Shown here: positions 50,761-64,000 of the stretch, in pieces
Position numbering within the stretch: position 1 is the first letter of the stretch
Layout of the letters: every line of letters begins with the position of its first letter
NCBI GenBank assembly: GCA_964291395.2
Contig: OZ219856.1
Span: 576,001 to 640,000 of the forward strand
DNA length: 64,000 nt
Source of the DNA: Alphaproteobacteria bacterium
GTDB taxonomy: Bacteria > Pseudomonadota > Alphaproteobacteria > UBA2966
Direction: 5' to 3'
The notes under the pieces: generated by a model
Database searches by the model: none
Seen by the model: the letters and a program-made list of their open reading frames with translations, nothing else
Told to the model about the DNA's origin: nothing
Program-made: the position numbers and the translations under genes

Positions 50761-52104
50761 ATGTCGCGTCGGATCACGGCCGAGTTCCCGTTCGTCGAGC
50801 GCTTCGACGAGGTGGCTGCGGGGCTGCCCGGCGCGGGGCTCCACTGGCTCGATGCGCTGCGCCGCGACTCCCTGGACGCGTTCAACCGGGTCGCCTTGCC
50901 GTCGACGCGCGTCGAGGCCTGGAAATACACCAACCTCAAGGACTTTGCGAAAACTCCGTTCGACATCGCCGTCTCGGGGGAAGGGGGCCCGTCGATCGAT
51001 CTCGATGCGGCCGGCGTGGGGGGACCGGACGCGGAGCATCGGCTGGTGTTCGTCAACGGCCGGTTCGACGCCGGCCGATCCCGTGCGGGGTCGGCACCCG
51101 GGGGCCTTACGGTGCTGAGCCTGGGTGAGGCGTTGAGATGCCAGGCCCGGGTCGTGCGGCCGCACATTGAACGCCTCTCTCCGTTGGAAGACGAGGCGCT
51201 GCTCGCCCTCAACACGGCGTTCATGATGGATGGTTGCGTGGTTGTCGTCGACGACGGGGCGACGGTCGACCGGCCGATCGAGTTGATTTTCGTGAGCGAT
51301 GCGCGGTCGCCGACCAGCGCCCATCCGCGGAACCTCGTTGTCGCCGGTGCCGGCAGCCGCGTGGCCTTGACCGAGACGCATGTCGGCATCGGGCCGTCGG
51401 AGTACTGGTCCAATCCGGTGACGGAGGTTGTCGTGGCCGCGGGCGCGTCCGTTGTCCACCGCAAGGTCCAACGCGAATCCCCGCGCGCCTATCACTTGGC
51501 GAACACCCGCGTGACGTTGGCGGAGCGGGGAACGTATCGCGCTTTTCTGATGTCGGTGGGAGCCGGCCTTTCCCGGTGCGAGATCGAAGCTAGGCTTGAG
51601 GGTGAAGGCGCCGATTGTCGGCTCGACGGGATCTACCTCGCGAGAGACCGCCAGCACACGGATATCACGACCCGCATCGTCCATGCCGAACCCGGAGGCA
51701 GCAGCCGGCAGCTGTTCAAGGGTGTGCTCGACGGTCGGAGCCACGGAGTCTTCCAGGGGCAGATCTCCGTCAGTCCGGACGCCCAGCGCACCGACGGTCA
51801 CCAGCTCAACAAGACCCTCCTGCTCTCGAACGAAGCGGAGATCGACACGAAGCCGGAACTGGAGATTTACGCCGACGACGTGAAATGCAGCCACGGCGCC
51901 GCGGCCGGTCAATTGGACGGGCTCGAGTTGTTCTACCTCCGCTCGCGCGGCCTCGACGCCGAAGAGGCGCGTCAGGTGCTGATCAGGGCCTTCATCGCCG
52001 AAGTCGTGGAGGCGGTGGAGGACGAACCGTTCCGGAACCATCTCAACGCATCGATCGACGGCTGGCTGTCGCACGAGGCCGCCGCCCGGGAGACGGGCAC
52101 ATGA
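50761..52104 (+). CDS. sufD: Fe-S cluster assembly protein SufD
   Basis: EAWKYTNL, LALNTAF, QLFKGVL, VFQGQI, TKPELEIYADDVKCSHGA, FYLRSRG; alternative start 50746. Confidence 0.95.
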   Translation: MSRRITAEFPFVERFDEVAAGLPGAGLHWLDALRRDSLDAFNRVALPSTRVEAWKYTNLKDFAKTPFDIAVSGEGGPSIDLDAAGVGGPDAEHRLVFVNGRFDAGRSRAGSAPGGLTVLSLGEALRCQARVVRPHIERLSPLEDEALLALNTAFMMDGCVVVVDDGATVDRPIELIFVSDARSPTSAHPRNLVVAGAGSRVALTETHVGIGPSEYWSNPVTEVVVAAGASVVHRKVQRESPRAYHLANTRVTLAERGTYRAFLMSVGAGLSRCEIEARLEGEGADCRLDGIYLARDRQHTDITTRIVHAEPGGSSRQLFKGVLDGRSHGVFQGQISVSPDAQRTDGHQLNKTLLLSNEAEIDTKPELEIYADDVKCSHGAAAGQLDGLELFYLRSRGLDAEEARQVLIRAFIAEVVEAVEDEPFRNHLNASIDGWLSHEAAARETGT

Positions 52105-53376
52105 GTCAGGCGGTTGCGGAAACGACACTGGACGGCGCAAACCGCGCGAACCTGCCGGCATACGATGTCGACGAGGTGCGGGCCGATTTCCCGATCCTGT
52201 CGCGGGAAGTGCACGGCAAGCCGCTGGTTTTTCTCGACAGCGGCGCCAGCGCTCAAAAGCCGCGCGCCGTGATCGACGCCGTCTCCGCCGTCTACGAGGG
52301 GGAATACGCCAATATCCACCGGGGCGTGCACTATCTCAGCGTGCGGGCGACGCAGCTCTATGACGAGTCCCGCGAGAAAGTTCGGGCGTACCTCAATGCG
52401 GCGAAGACCGGCGAGATCGTGTTCACCAGGAATACGACCGAGGCGATCAATCTCGTGGCCAGCAGCTTTACGGGCCGAGCGCCTTCGGGAGGGGGACGAG
52501 ATTCTGCTGACCGAGCTCGAGCACCACGCCAATATCGTGCCCTGGCAACTCGCGGCCGGACGTGCCGGCGCCGTGGTCCGGGCCGCGCCGGTGGATGACG
52601 ACGGCCTCGTCGATCTCGAGAAGTTCGAGGCGATGCTCACCCCGCGCACGAAGATGGTGGCGTTCACGCATACCTCCAACGTGCTGGGAGTCGTCACGCC
52701 GGCCAAGGAGATGACCCGTCTCGCGCACGAAAAGGGCATCCCCGTTCTCATCGACGGGGCGCAGAGCGCGGTACACCTCAGCGTCGACGTTCAGGATCTG
52801 GACTGCGATTTCTTCACCTTCACCGGCCACAAGCTCTATGGCCCGTCGGGCATCGGCGTGCTGTACGGCAAGTCGAACCACCTCGAGGCCATGCCGCCCT
52901 ACCAGGGCGGCGGCGACATGATCGAATACGTCACGTTCGAGAAAACGACGTTCGCCAGGCCGCCCGAACGGTTCGAGGCGGGGACGCCGCATATCTCGGG
53001 CGCGATCGGGCTCGGGGCGGCCATCGATTACGTCAATGCATTGGGGCGTGACGCCGTGGCGGCGCACGAGCACGGCCTGCTCCAGTACGCGACCGCGCGG
53101 CTTTCGGATATACCCGGTGTCAGGCTCTTCGGCGCCAAGGGCGAGAAGGCCAGCATCGTCTCCTTCCTGCAAGACGACGTGCATCCGCACGACGTGGGCA
53201 CGATTCTGGACCAGGCCGGTGTTGCGGTCCGCGTTGGCCACCACTGCGCGCAGCCGCTGATGGACAGGTTCGGCATTTCCGGCACCGTGCGTGCCTCGAT
53301 CGGTCTCTACAACACGCGCGAGGAAATCGACAAGCTCGCGGATTCGCTCCACCACGTGAAGGAGATTTTCGGCTGA
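52101..53376 (+). CDS. sufS: Cysteine desulfurase SufS (frameshift near 52470)
   Basis: RADFPIL, FLDSGASAQKP, ANIHRG in frame 1; EHHANIVPW, TGHKLYGP, RVGHHCAQP in frame 2. Confidence 0.93.
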
Positions 53377-53842
53377 TGCTGGACGACCTTCGGGAGCTCT
53401 ATCAGGAGGTCATCCTCGATCACGGCAAGAACCCGCGGAACTATGGGAAGCCGGACGAGGTGAGCCACCGTGCGGACGGACACAATCCGCTGTGCGGCGA
53501 TCGCATCTCCGTCTACCTCGATGTCGACGCGGAGGGCGTGGTGCGTAACGCCGCGTTCGACGGGCGCGGCTGTGCGATCTCGCAGGCCTCCGCGTCGCTG
53601 ATGACGGAAATCGTCTCCGGCAAGACGCTGGGGCAGGTCGATGCACGTTGTTCCGGAATTTCCACGAGATGTGTACGTCCGATGGCGACGTGGAGACGGA
53701 CGGGAGCCTCGCCGACGAGATGGATCGCCTTCAGGTGCTGTCCGGAGTGCGCCAGTACCCGATCCGGGTGAAGTGCGCGACCCTCGCCTGGCATACGATG
53801 AACGCCGCGCTCCAAGGCGAAGCCGAAGCGACGACCGAATAG
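53376..53842 (+). CDS. sufU: SUF system NifU-like protein SufU (frameshift near 53645)
   Basis: [23 protein letters not shown], then [13 protein letters not shown] in the other frame. Confidence 0.92.
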
Positions 53843-53846
53843 GCCC

Positions 53847-54278
53847 GTGATGCAGGAAGAGCCGGAACGGAGAGACCCTCACCACGGTCCGTCGCTCATG
53901 GACTTCATGCCGGAGCGGCCGGCACCGGGGTCGTTCGTCGCGCGGTCGGGGTCCCCGAGGTCCGAAGATGCGGGGCCGACTCCCGGCGAGGACGCTCTGA
54001 TCGAGGCGATGCAGACGGTCTACGACCCGGAGATCCCGGTCAATGTCTACGACCTCGGTCTCATCTACGGTTTGGCATTGGCGGAAAACGGCGATGTCGA
54101 CATCGAGATGACGTTGACGGCGCCCGGTTGTCCCGTGGCCGGCGTACTGCCGGGCTGGGTCGCCGACGCGGTGGCCGCGGTCGACGGAGTCGGGGAAGTC
54201 GAGGTGACACTGGTGTGGGATCCGCCGTGGACCCCGGATCGCATGTCGGACGATGCGAAACTCGCGCTGGATTTCTGA
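53847..54278 (+). CDS. sufT: SUF system Fe-S assembly protein (DUF59/SufT)
   Basis: VYDPEIPVNVYDLGLIY, MTLTAPGCPVAG, LVWDPPWTPDRMS. Confidence 0.9.
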   Translation: MMQEEPERRDPHHGPSLMDFMPERPAPGSFVARSGSPRSEDAGPTPGEDALIEAMQTVYDPEIPVNVYDLGLIYGLALAENGDVDIEMTLTAPGCPVAGVLPGWVADAVAAVDGVGEVEVTLVWDPPWTPDRMSDDAKLALDF

Positions 54279-54305
54279 GGGTTTGCTGGAATGGAGTCGA
54301 AGGGA

Positions 54306-54644
54306 ATGATGGGTCGGGAATTGTTCAAGCTGACGGATGCCGCGGCAGACCGGGTGAAGCACCTCATTGACGAGGGGGATGGCGCCGGCGCGGTGCTGCG
54401 CATCAGCGTGAAGACCCAGGGGTGCTCGGGCCTCGCGTACGCCATGGAATACACGGACGCGCCGCTTCCCATGGACGAGCTCGTCGAGGACAAGGGCGTG
54501 AGGATCTGCGTCGATCCTCTGGCCACGATGTATCTCGCCGGCACCGAGATGGATTACATCGAGGACAAGCTGAGCTCCGGCTTCGTATTCAACAACCCGA
54601 ACGAAAAGGGCCGTTGCGGCTGCGGCGAATCGTTCCACGTTTAG
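54306..54644 (+). CDS. sufA: A-type Fe-S carrier (SufA/IscA)
   Basis: LTDAAA, GCSGLAY, GTEMDY, FVFNNPN..CGCGESF. Confidence 0.93.
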   Translation: MMGRELFKLTDAAADRVKHLIDEGDGAGAVLRISVKTQGCSGLAYAMEYTDAPLPMDELVEDKGVRICVDPLATMYLAGTEMDYIEDKLSSGFVFNNPNEKGRCGCGESFHV

Positions 54645-54730
54645 CCGGCATCCGGCGGTTGCTCTGGACGTCTCCCCTTCCTGCGACACCCAGTCCCCCG
54701 ATACCGCTTTCCCACCCGTAGCCGGGTGTC

Positions 54731-57083
54731 ATGACCAACTTCCACATCGGACAGCCGCTGCGGCGGGTCGAAGACGGGCGCTTCCTCACCGGTGCCGGGA
54801 CCTACGTCGACGACATCGGTCTGCCGGACATGGCGCATGGCGCCGTGCTGCGGTCGCCCCACGCCCACGCACGGATTCTCTCTATCGACACGGCCCCGGC
54901 GCTCGCCGCGCCGGAGGTTCTCGCGGTCTATACCGCCGCCGATCTGATCGCGGCGGGTCTCGGTGCGATCGAAACGCGGACGGTGCTGAACAGCCGCGAC
55001 GGCACGCCGCTCGCCAAGCCGGCGCGGCCGATTCTGGCGGACGGCCGCGTGCGGTTCGCCGGTGACGCCGTCGCATTCGTCGTGGCCGAGAGCGTTGCGG
55101 CCGCTAGAGATGCCGTGGAGTCGATTGAGGTCGATTACGAACCGCTTCCCGCAACCACCGAGCCGCGTGCCGCGCTCGAGCCCGGGGCGCCACTGGTGTG
55201 GGATGAGGCGGAGGGAAACCTGTGCCTCGACTTTGAGGCGGGCGACCCGGAAGCGGTCGACGCGGCGTTCGCCGCCGCCGCGCACCTCACCCGCATCGAA
55301 ATCCTCAACCAGCGCGTGTCGGTCGTTCCTTTGGAGCCGCGCGGCGCCGTCGGCGAGTACGACTCCGCGACGGAGTCCTTTGACGCTCACGGCGTCGACT
55401 CAAAACGTGCACGTCCTCCGTGATCAGCTTGCCGCGGAAATATTCGACGTTCCCGCCGAGACCGTGCGCGTGAAGGCGGTGGATGTCGGCGGCGGGTTCG
55501 GCACCAAGAATTCCCTCTATCCGGAGTATCCGCTGGTGCTGTTCGCGGCGCGGGAGCTCGGGCGGCCGGTCAAATGGAGCGCCGATCGCTCCGAGAGTTT
55601 CCTGAGCGACAATGACGGCCGGGGTCAGTGGAGCGAGGTATCGCTCGCCCTCGACGAGGGGCACCGTTTCCTGGCCCTTCGCGTGCGCTCCGTGGGCGAG
55701 GCCGGCGCCTACCTCGCCGCCAACAGCGCGAGCATCGCCACCGCAGGCACGGTGCGGACGGTCGGCGGTCACTATCGGATCGGCGCGCGCCATTTTCGCT
55801 CGAAGGTCGCGTTCACCCACACCTCGCCGACGGACCCCTATCGCGGCGCGGGCCGGCCCGAGGCCACGTACCAGATCGAACGGGTCGTCGATGCGGCCGC
55901 CGACGAGCTCGGCATCGACCGTGTCGAGCTCCGGCGCCTGAATGTCGTCCGGCCCCGCGAGTTGCCCTACGACAACGGCCTCGGCCATACCTTCGATGCC
56001 GGCAACTTCCCTGAGGTCCTCGATCGCGCGCTGAAACTGACGGCGTGGCCGGAGGCGGGACGCGGCGCGGCGCCTGGCGAATCGGGGCCGCTCCGCGGCA
56101 TCGGCATGAGTTTCTGGCTGGCGCCCACCGGGGGACCGCCCAGGGAGTACGCGGCGCTCCGCTTCGCCGAAGACGGGTCCGTCGTGCTCGCGGTCGGAAG
56201 CCAGTCCACGGGCATGGGGCACGAGACGACGTTTCCTCAGCTCGTCGCGACGTGGCTCGGCATTCCCTACGACGCCATTGCCTATCGTCAGGGCGATACC
56301 GGCCTGACGCCCTTCGGCGGCGGACATTCCGGTTCGCGCACGCTCGGTATGACGGGGTCGGCCATCAGGGTCGTCGCGGACCGCGTCATCGAGAAGGCTA
56401 CGCTTGTCGCCGCCCACCTGCTGGAGGTGGCGCCGGCCGACGTGCGCTTCGCCGACGGCGAGTTCGTCGTCGCGGGGACCGACCGCCGCGTCACCATGAC
56501 GGACGTCATCCGGGTGTCTTTCGATTCCTCGCGGTGTCCGGACGGATTCGAGGGCCCGCTGGACGACGAGGAAATCTATGAACGGCCCTGGATCTCCTAT
56601 CCCAACGGCTGTCACGTCGCCGAGATCGAGATCGATCCGGACACCGGCGTGATCACGACCGTCGGTTACCATGCGGTCGAGGATGCGGGTCCGATCGTCA
56701 ATCCGATGACCGCGGAAGGCCAGATCATGGGGGGTGTCGCCCAAGGGATCGGACAGGCGGTCACGGAGGGCGTCGCCTACGAACCGGACAGCGGGCAGCT
56801 CCTGACCGGATCCCTGATGGATTACTGTCTGCCTCGCGCCGATGATCTTCCGAACATGCGGATCCGTTTCTTCGAGGATGCTCCCTCCACGAACAACCTG
56901 CTCGGCATCAAGGGCGTGGGGGAAGCGGGATGCGTCGGCGCGCCCCCGGCCGTGGTCAATGCCGTATTGGATGCCCTTCGTCCCTATGGCATACGCGGTC
57001 TCGACATGCCTCTGACGCCCGACAAGATCTGGCGTGCCATCCGCGCGGCGACGAGCGCGGACCGGAGAGGTCCGCAGTCCTGA
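54731..57083 (+). CDS. Xanthine dehydrogenase family molybdopterin-binding (CoxL-like) subunit, frameshift near 55380
   Basis: RRVEDGRFLTGAG, RSPHAHA, LEPRG in frame 1; DVGGGFGTK, YRGAGRPE, GMGHET, GQIMGG, KGVGEAG in frame 2. Confidence 0.9.
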
Positions 57084-57140
57084 GCGACGAGAACCGCCGG
57101 GGCGGTTTCGGTCGAGCCGGAAGCGCCGTAGATTGGGCCT

Positions 57141-58202
57141 ATGAAGCTCCTCGTTCTCCCCGGTGACGCCATCGGGCCCGAAATCGTCGGCGCCGCGCTC
57201 GATGTCCTGAAGGCCGCCGACAGCGCGTTCGGCCTCGGCCTCGAGCTCGAGGAAGCCCCGGTCGGTCTCGATGCCCTGGAGCGGCTGGGCACGACCCTTC
57301 CCGACGAAACTCTCGACCGCGTCTTCGCCAGCGACGGGGTGATCCTGGGGCCGCAGCACAATGTCGCCTACCCGCCGCCGGACAAGGGCGGGAGGAACGT
57401 TTCGGCGACGATCCGCAAGCGTCTCGACCTCTTCGCCAACGTCCGGCCGAGCCGCGGACGCCCCGGTGTGCCGGCGCCGGCGCCCGGCATCGACGTGGTC
57501 ATCGTGCGGGAGAATACCGAGGGCTTCTATGCGGATCGCTCGATGGCCCTGGGATCGGGCGAGTTCATGCCGACGGACGATGTGGCGCTGGCGGTCCGCA
57601 AGATCACCCGCGAAGGCTCGCGCCGTGTCGCCGAGGAGGCCTGCCGCATCGCCGCGTCGCGCAGCCGCAGGCTCGCGGTCGTGCACAAGGCGAACGTCCT
57701 GAGCCTGACCGACGGGTTGTTTCGGGACACGGCGTTTTCCGTGGCCGGGCAGCACGGCGGACTGGAGGTCGAGGAATACCTCGTCGATGCCATGGCGGCC
57801 CTTTTGGTTCGCCAACCCGATGCGTTCGATGTGATCGTGACGACCAACATGTTCGGGGACATCCTGTCCGATCTGACCGCTGAACTGTCGGGCGGCCTGG
57901 GACTGGGGCCATCGATCAACGCGGGCCGGGAACGTGCCATCGCCCAGGCGGCCCACGGCGCGGCGCCCGATATCGCCGGGCGGGGTGTCGCCAATCCGAC
58001 GGCCATGATTCTTTCGGTCGCCATGCTGTTGGACTGGCTGGGACTGAAACACGGTCGGGACGATTTGCGGCGGGCCGCCGGCGGCATGGACCGTGCGGTC
58101 GACGGGCAGCTCGCCGACCCGGAGGGCCGGACCGCCGATCTCGGCGGCCCGCTGGGGACCGCGGCCTTCGGATCCGGGGTCGCTTCGCGGATCAGCGCCT
58201 GA
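57141..58202 (+). CDS. Isocitrate/isopropylmalate/tartrate dehydrogenase family protein
   Basis: LPGDAIGPE, RKRLDLFANVRP, RENTEGFY, VHKANV, NMFGDILSD, HGAAPDIAG..ANP. Confidence 0.92.
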   Translation: MKLLVLPGDAIGPEIVGAALDVLKAADSAFGLGLELEEAPVGLDALERLGTTLPDETLDRVFASDGVILGPQHNVAYPPPDKGGRNVSATIRKRLDLFANVRPSRGRPGVPAPAPGIDVVIVRENTEGFYADRSMALGSGEFMPTDDVALAVRKITREGSRRVAEEACRIAASRSRRLAVVHKANVLSLTDGLFRDTAFSVAGQHGGLEVEEYLVDAMAALLVRQPDAFDVIVTTNMFGDILSDLTAELSGGLGLGPSINAGRERAIAQAAHGAAPDIAGRGVANPTAMILSVAMLLDWLGLKHGRDDLRRAAGGMDRAVDGQLADPEGRTADLGGPLGTAAFGSGVASRISA

Positions 58203-59823
58203 CGATCGGCGCCGGGTTCCCTTCGATCATCACGTTGATGCAGGCGGGCTTGCCGCTGGCGTGAGCCCGCGCCAGCGCTGCGGGGAGCTGTCCCGGCCGG
58301 GTCACGAGTTCTCCGTGCGCGCCGAGCGCCTCCGCGACCAAGTCGTATCGCGTCGGCAGCAGTTCGCAGCCGTGCACCCGATTTTCTCCGTAGTCGCGGA
58401 TCTGGATCTGATGTTCGGCGTTCCAGCGAGCGTCGTTGCCGACGACGGCGATCAGCGGGAGATCGCAGCGGATCGCGGTGTCTAGTTCGGCGAGGTGGTA
58501 CCCGAAGGCGCCGTCCCCCGAAATGGAGATGACCGGCGCCTCCCTCTCGACCGTGCAGGCCGCAAGGCCGAAGGGGATGGCGGAACCGATTGACCCCGCG
58601 ACGCCGTTGATGATGCGCCGTTCCGAGTCGAGCATGCTCTGCGACCACTGGCCGATCTCGCCTCCGTCGCACACGAGCACGGTGTCCGGATTCTCCGCCA
58701 TGAATTCCCGAACGCCGCGACAGAAATCGAGCGCGTGGAGCGCTCCGTCACCGTTTGCCGTCGTGGTCTCCCAGTCGGGAGGACGATAGTCCACGGCGGC
58801 GCGTACCTCGGCGCGCCAAGCGTCGTCGCCGCACGCCGAACCGAGCGCCGCGAGTTCCGCGGCCGCCGCCGAGGGGGTCGCCACGCCGCTCAGGATCAGG
58901 CGTTCGCCCATGTCCCGCGCCACGCGGCGGATCAGTTCGACATCCGCGTCGAGCATGATGAATTTGCAGGCCGGATCGAAGGCTGGCGCCTCGCCGAACC
59001 GAAGCGTGAAATCGAGGGGCTTGCCGAGCAGCACCAGGAGATCGGTCTGCCGGACGACCTCCGCGATGGCGCCGAGCGCGGGATCATTGAGCCCGCGCGG
59101 GCTCTCCATCCCGATCACGGGAACGTTCAGGGTGTCTTCCAGCTTCCGTGCCGCGGCCCGGCCCGGCCGGGAGCAGAGAGTCGGGCCGCCGACGATCACG
59201 GGGCGTTCCGCCGCGGCGATGGCGGAGAGCGCCGCGGACGCCGCCGTCTCGCCCAATGGAGAGGCCGCGGGTTCGAAGGCGGATCCTTCCGGCCACAGGG
59301 ACGGCTCGTCAGCGAGTTCCGCGTCGAGGACGTCGGATGGCAGGCTGAGGTGGACGGGTCCCGGGCGTCCCGAAGCGGCGGTCCGGGCGGCGCGCGCGAG
59401 ATCGTGGCCCAAGTCCGCCGCCCGCCCGACCGTCCAGGAGTCCTTGGCGACGGTCGCGGCCATCGCCGCCTGCGGCAGTTCCTGAAATCCGCCCCGGCCG
59501 ATCTCGTGGGTGGCGGCGTGCCCCGACAGCAGGATCATGGGGGTTTCCGAGGCCATGGGGGTGCAGAGAGCCGCGGCCGCGTTGGTATGACCCGGCCCGC
59601 CCGTGACGAGGGCGACACCGACTCTGCCGGTCAGACGGGCCCAGGCGCTTGCCATGAACACCGCGGCTGCCTCCTGGCGGACGTGAAGGAGCTCCAGCCT
59701 CGTGCCGATCGCGGCGTCGTAGATCGACATGATGTGGTTTCCCGACAGCGAGAAAATCGTATGCATTCCCGCTTTTTCGAGTGTCCGGGCCACGATGTCG
59801 GCTCCGCGCAGGGTCTTCGTCAT
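58192..59823 (-). CDS. Thiamine-diphosphate-dependent enzyme (ALS/2-hydroxyacyl-CoA lyase family)
   Basis: VRQEAAAVFMA, TGGPGHTN, FQE, GRPGPVHL, ThDP motif GDGAFG..GND. Confidence 0.9.
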   Translation of the reverse strand: MTKTLRGADIVARTLEKAGMHTIFSLSGNHIMSIYDAAIGTRLELLHVRQEAAAVFMASAWARLTGRVGVALVTGGPGHTNAAAALCTPMASETPMILLSGHAATHEIGRGGFQELPQAAMAATVAKDSWTVGRAADLGHDLARAARTAASGRPGPVHLSLPSDVLDAELADEPSLWPEGSAFEPAASPLGETAASAALSAIAAAERPVIVGGPTLCSRPGRAAARKLEDTLNVPVIGMESPRGLNDPALGAIAEVVRQTDLLVLLGKPLDFTLRFGEAPAFDPACKFIMLDADVELIRRVARDMGERLILSGVATPSAAAAELAALGSACGDDAWRAEVRAAVDYRPPDWETTTANGDGALHALDFCRGVREFMAENPDTVLVCDGGEIGQWSQSMLDSERRIINGVAGSIGSAIPFGLAACTVEREAPVISISGDGAFGYHLAELDTAIRCDLPLIAVVGNDARWNAEHQIQIRDYGENRVHGCELLPTRYDLVAEALGAHGELVTRPGQLPAALARAHASGKPACINVMIEGNPAPIVRR

Positions 59824-59967
59824 GATTGCTCCGTCAAGTGATCGTGGGGGCGCGAGCGGGCGACGGCGGACTCGGTCGCCCCCGTCCCTTATATCCCATC
59901 CTCGCTCCATTCATGCCATCCTTCAGCCCTTCAACGGATCGCTCGGCAACGGAGAGGGGACGTCGAC

Positions 59968-60732
59968 ATGGCGAAATTGGAAGGCAAGATGGTTCTCGTG
60001 AGCGGGGCCTCGCGCGGCATCGGCAAAGCGATCGCGCTCAAACTGGCGGAGGAGGGGGCGTCGCTCTACCTGGTCGCGGATGAGACGGAGGACGAGTTGC
60101 AGGCGGTCTGCGCGGAATGCGGCGACCTGCACGGTGCCGTGGACGTGCGCTACGGCATCATGGAGCTCTCGGAGGCGGACGCCGGCGTGCGTATGGTGAA
60201 GGCCTGCCTCGAGGAGTTCGGGCGCATCGACGTGCTCGTCAACAACGCCGGCGTGCGTCGGCGCGCACGTTTCGGCGAATTCACCCAGGACGACTATGAG
60301 TTCGTCCAGGCGGTCAACATCCGGACGCCTTTCTTCGCCAGCCAGACCGCGCTGCCGGCCATGCGGGAACAAGGCGGCGGCCGCATCATCAACATCACGA
60401 GCCAGATGGGATCGGTGGCCTTCGACGGACTCGCCCTCTACGGCATGAGCAAGGCGGCGCTCATCTATCTGACGCGCGCGATCTCTTTCGACTGGGCGCG
60501 GGACGGCATACAGGCGAATTGCGTCAGTCCGGGCCCCATCGCCACGCAGTACAACGTCGACCGACTCGAGGACGATCGGGCGATGTGGGACAAGCTCGAA
60601 CGCGGCACGACCATCGGCCGCTTCGGCAAACCCGAGGAGATCGCCGAGGCGGTCTGCTTTCTGGCCACGTGCGAGACCGAATTCATCCAGGGCCACGACC
60701 TGGTCGTCGACGGCGGCTGGACCAGCCATTGA
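59968..60732 (+). CDS. Short-chain dehydrogenase/reductase
   Basis: SGASRGIG, LVNNAG, YGMSK, GRFGKPEE, VDGGW. Confidence 0.93.
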   Translation: MAKLEGKMVLVSGASRGIGKAIALKLAEEGASLYLVADETEDELQAVCAECGDLHGAVDVRYGIMELSEADAGVRMVKACLEEFGRIDVLVNNAGVRRRARFGEFTQDDYEFVQAVNIRTPFFASQTALPAMREQGGGRIINITSQMGSVAFDGLALYGMSKAALIYLTRAISFDWARDGIQANCVSPGPIATQYNVDRLEDDRAMWDKLERGTTIGRFGKPEEIAEAVCFLATCETEFIQGHDLVVDGGWTSH

Positions 60733-60823
60733 CGCCCGGCGGCGTTTCGCGGTCGCCCGACGGTTGGTGTACATAGGGGTCGCGTACGTGGAGCGCGTAC
60801 CGGCGTCGCGAGGAGAGGTGGGT

Positions 60824-63505
<2,682 letters not shown>

Positions 63506-63507
63506 GG

Positions 63508-63556
63508 GCCGGGGGCGGAGAGCCGGGCTGAATCCGCCCGGCTCTCCGCGTCCGGC
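63508..63556. terminator. Strong hairpin between convergent genes (probable bidirectional terminator)
   Basis: 14-bp perfect stem GCGGAGAGCCGGGC/GCCCGGCTCTCCGC (63515-63549) with 7-nt loop. Confidence 0.7.
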
Positions 63557-64000
63557 TACGCCGGCACGAACGTTCCGTGAAATCCGAGGGGCAGCGGGTA
63601 GGGCAGGGCGGCCCAGGCCAGAGGCCCGTCGGCAAGACGTGAAGCGTCGAATACGGAAATCCGCGTCACCCGTTCCCTGAGATCGAGCGCCGTGCCGACG
63701 AGCCAGCCGTCGGTCTCGTCCACGGCGTCGCGACGCGGCACGAAGACATGCTCCTCCGCGATGAACCAGTCGCCGTAGTCGAACGAATCGGCGAGGCCCG
63801 CCTCGATGTCGATGCGGGCGACCCGGCCGAGGCCGCTGATCTCCGCGCCGCCGGTGAGGGCGTAGACCTGACGATAGCGCCGGCCGACCACGGCGGGGGC
63901 GACACGCGGAAATTCGGCGGAGACGCTGGAGATGTCCTGCACGGCATCGCCGCTTGCGTTCAGTGTCACCTGGGCGAAACGGGTCGGCTCGGTCGGCGCC
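63556..64000 (-). CDS. Carotenoid/stilbene cleavage oxygenase family (C-terminal part only)
   Basis: EFPRV, EEHVFVPR, DGWLVG, LPYPLPLGFHGTF. Confidence 0.88.
   Translation of the reverse strand, partial: APTEPTRFAQVTLNASGDAVQDISSVSAEFPRVAPAVVGRRYRQVYALTGGAEISGLGRVARIDIEAGLADSFDYGDWFIAEEHVFVPRRDAVDETDGWLVGTALDLRERVTRISVFDASRLADGPLAWAALPYPLPLGFHGTFVPA

Noticed and set aside
52460-55390. Programmed ribosomal frameshifting in sufS, sufU and the coxL-like gene
   Set aside because: No slippery heptamers at the breaks and no precedent I know of; sequencing indels are simpler
54731-57083. Aerobic CO dehydrogenase (form I coxL)
   Set aside because: The active-site loop is YRGAGR, not AYxCSFR, and coxS/coxM are absent

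Overview
High-GC bacterial DNA, most likely from an alphaproteobacterium. The Rrf2-sufBCDSU-sufT-sufA layout and the alpha-type metK and pntAB point that way, but this is inferred from gene content only. The window is gene-dense and mostly accessory catabolism. Housekeeping genes are metK, pntAB and a SUF Fe-S operon. I found no rRNA, tRNA, CRISPR array or intact mobile element. The most interesting parts are paralogues of central-metabolism enzymes with altered active sites: (i) a 6-gene operon encoding a succinate-dehydrogenase-like complex plus a two-subunit class I Fe-S hydratase (7.0-11.9 kb); (ii) a ComA-like phosphosulfolactate synthase paired with a YihU-like dehydrogenase carrying the sulfonate-binding GRT motif (0.5-2.3 kb); (iii) an atypical AcnA near a beta-decarboxylating dehydrogenase, a ThDP enzyme, an SDR and a lone Mo-enzyme subunit (54.7-63.5 kb); (iv) a deacetylase / small AtzG-GatC-like protein / twin amidase operon; (v) a TRAP - crotonase (both catalytic Glu missing) - CoA-transferase unit. 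Also present are tandem TauD and Sel1 paralogues, a VapBC/FitAB-type TA pair, and a decaying AT-richer surface-polysaccharide island. At least seven genes have indels, including sufS and sufU, which suggests long-read consensus errors and/or gene decay. All family calls and reference-residue comparisons are from memory of motifs; no database search was run.
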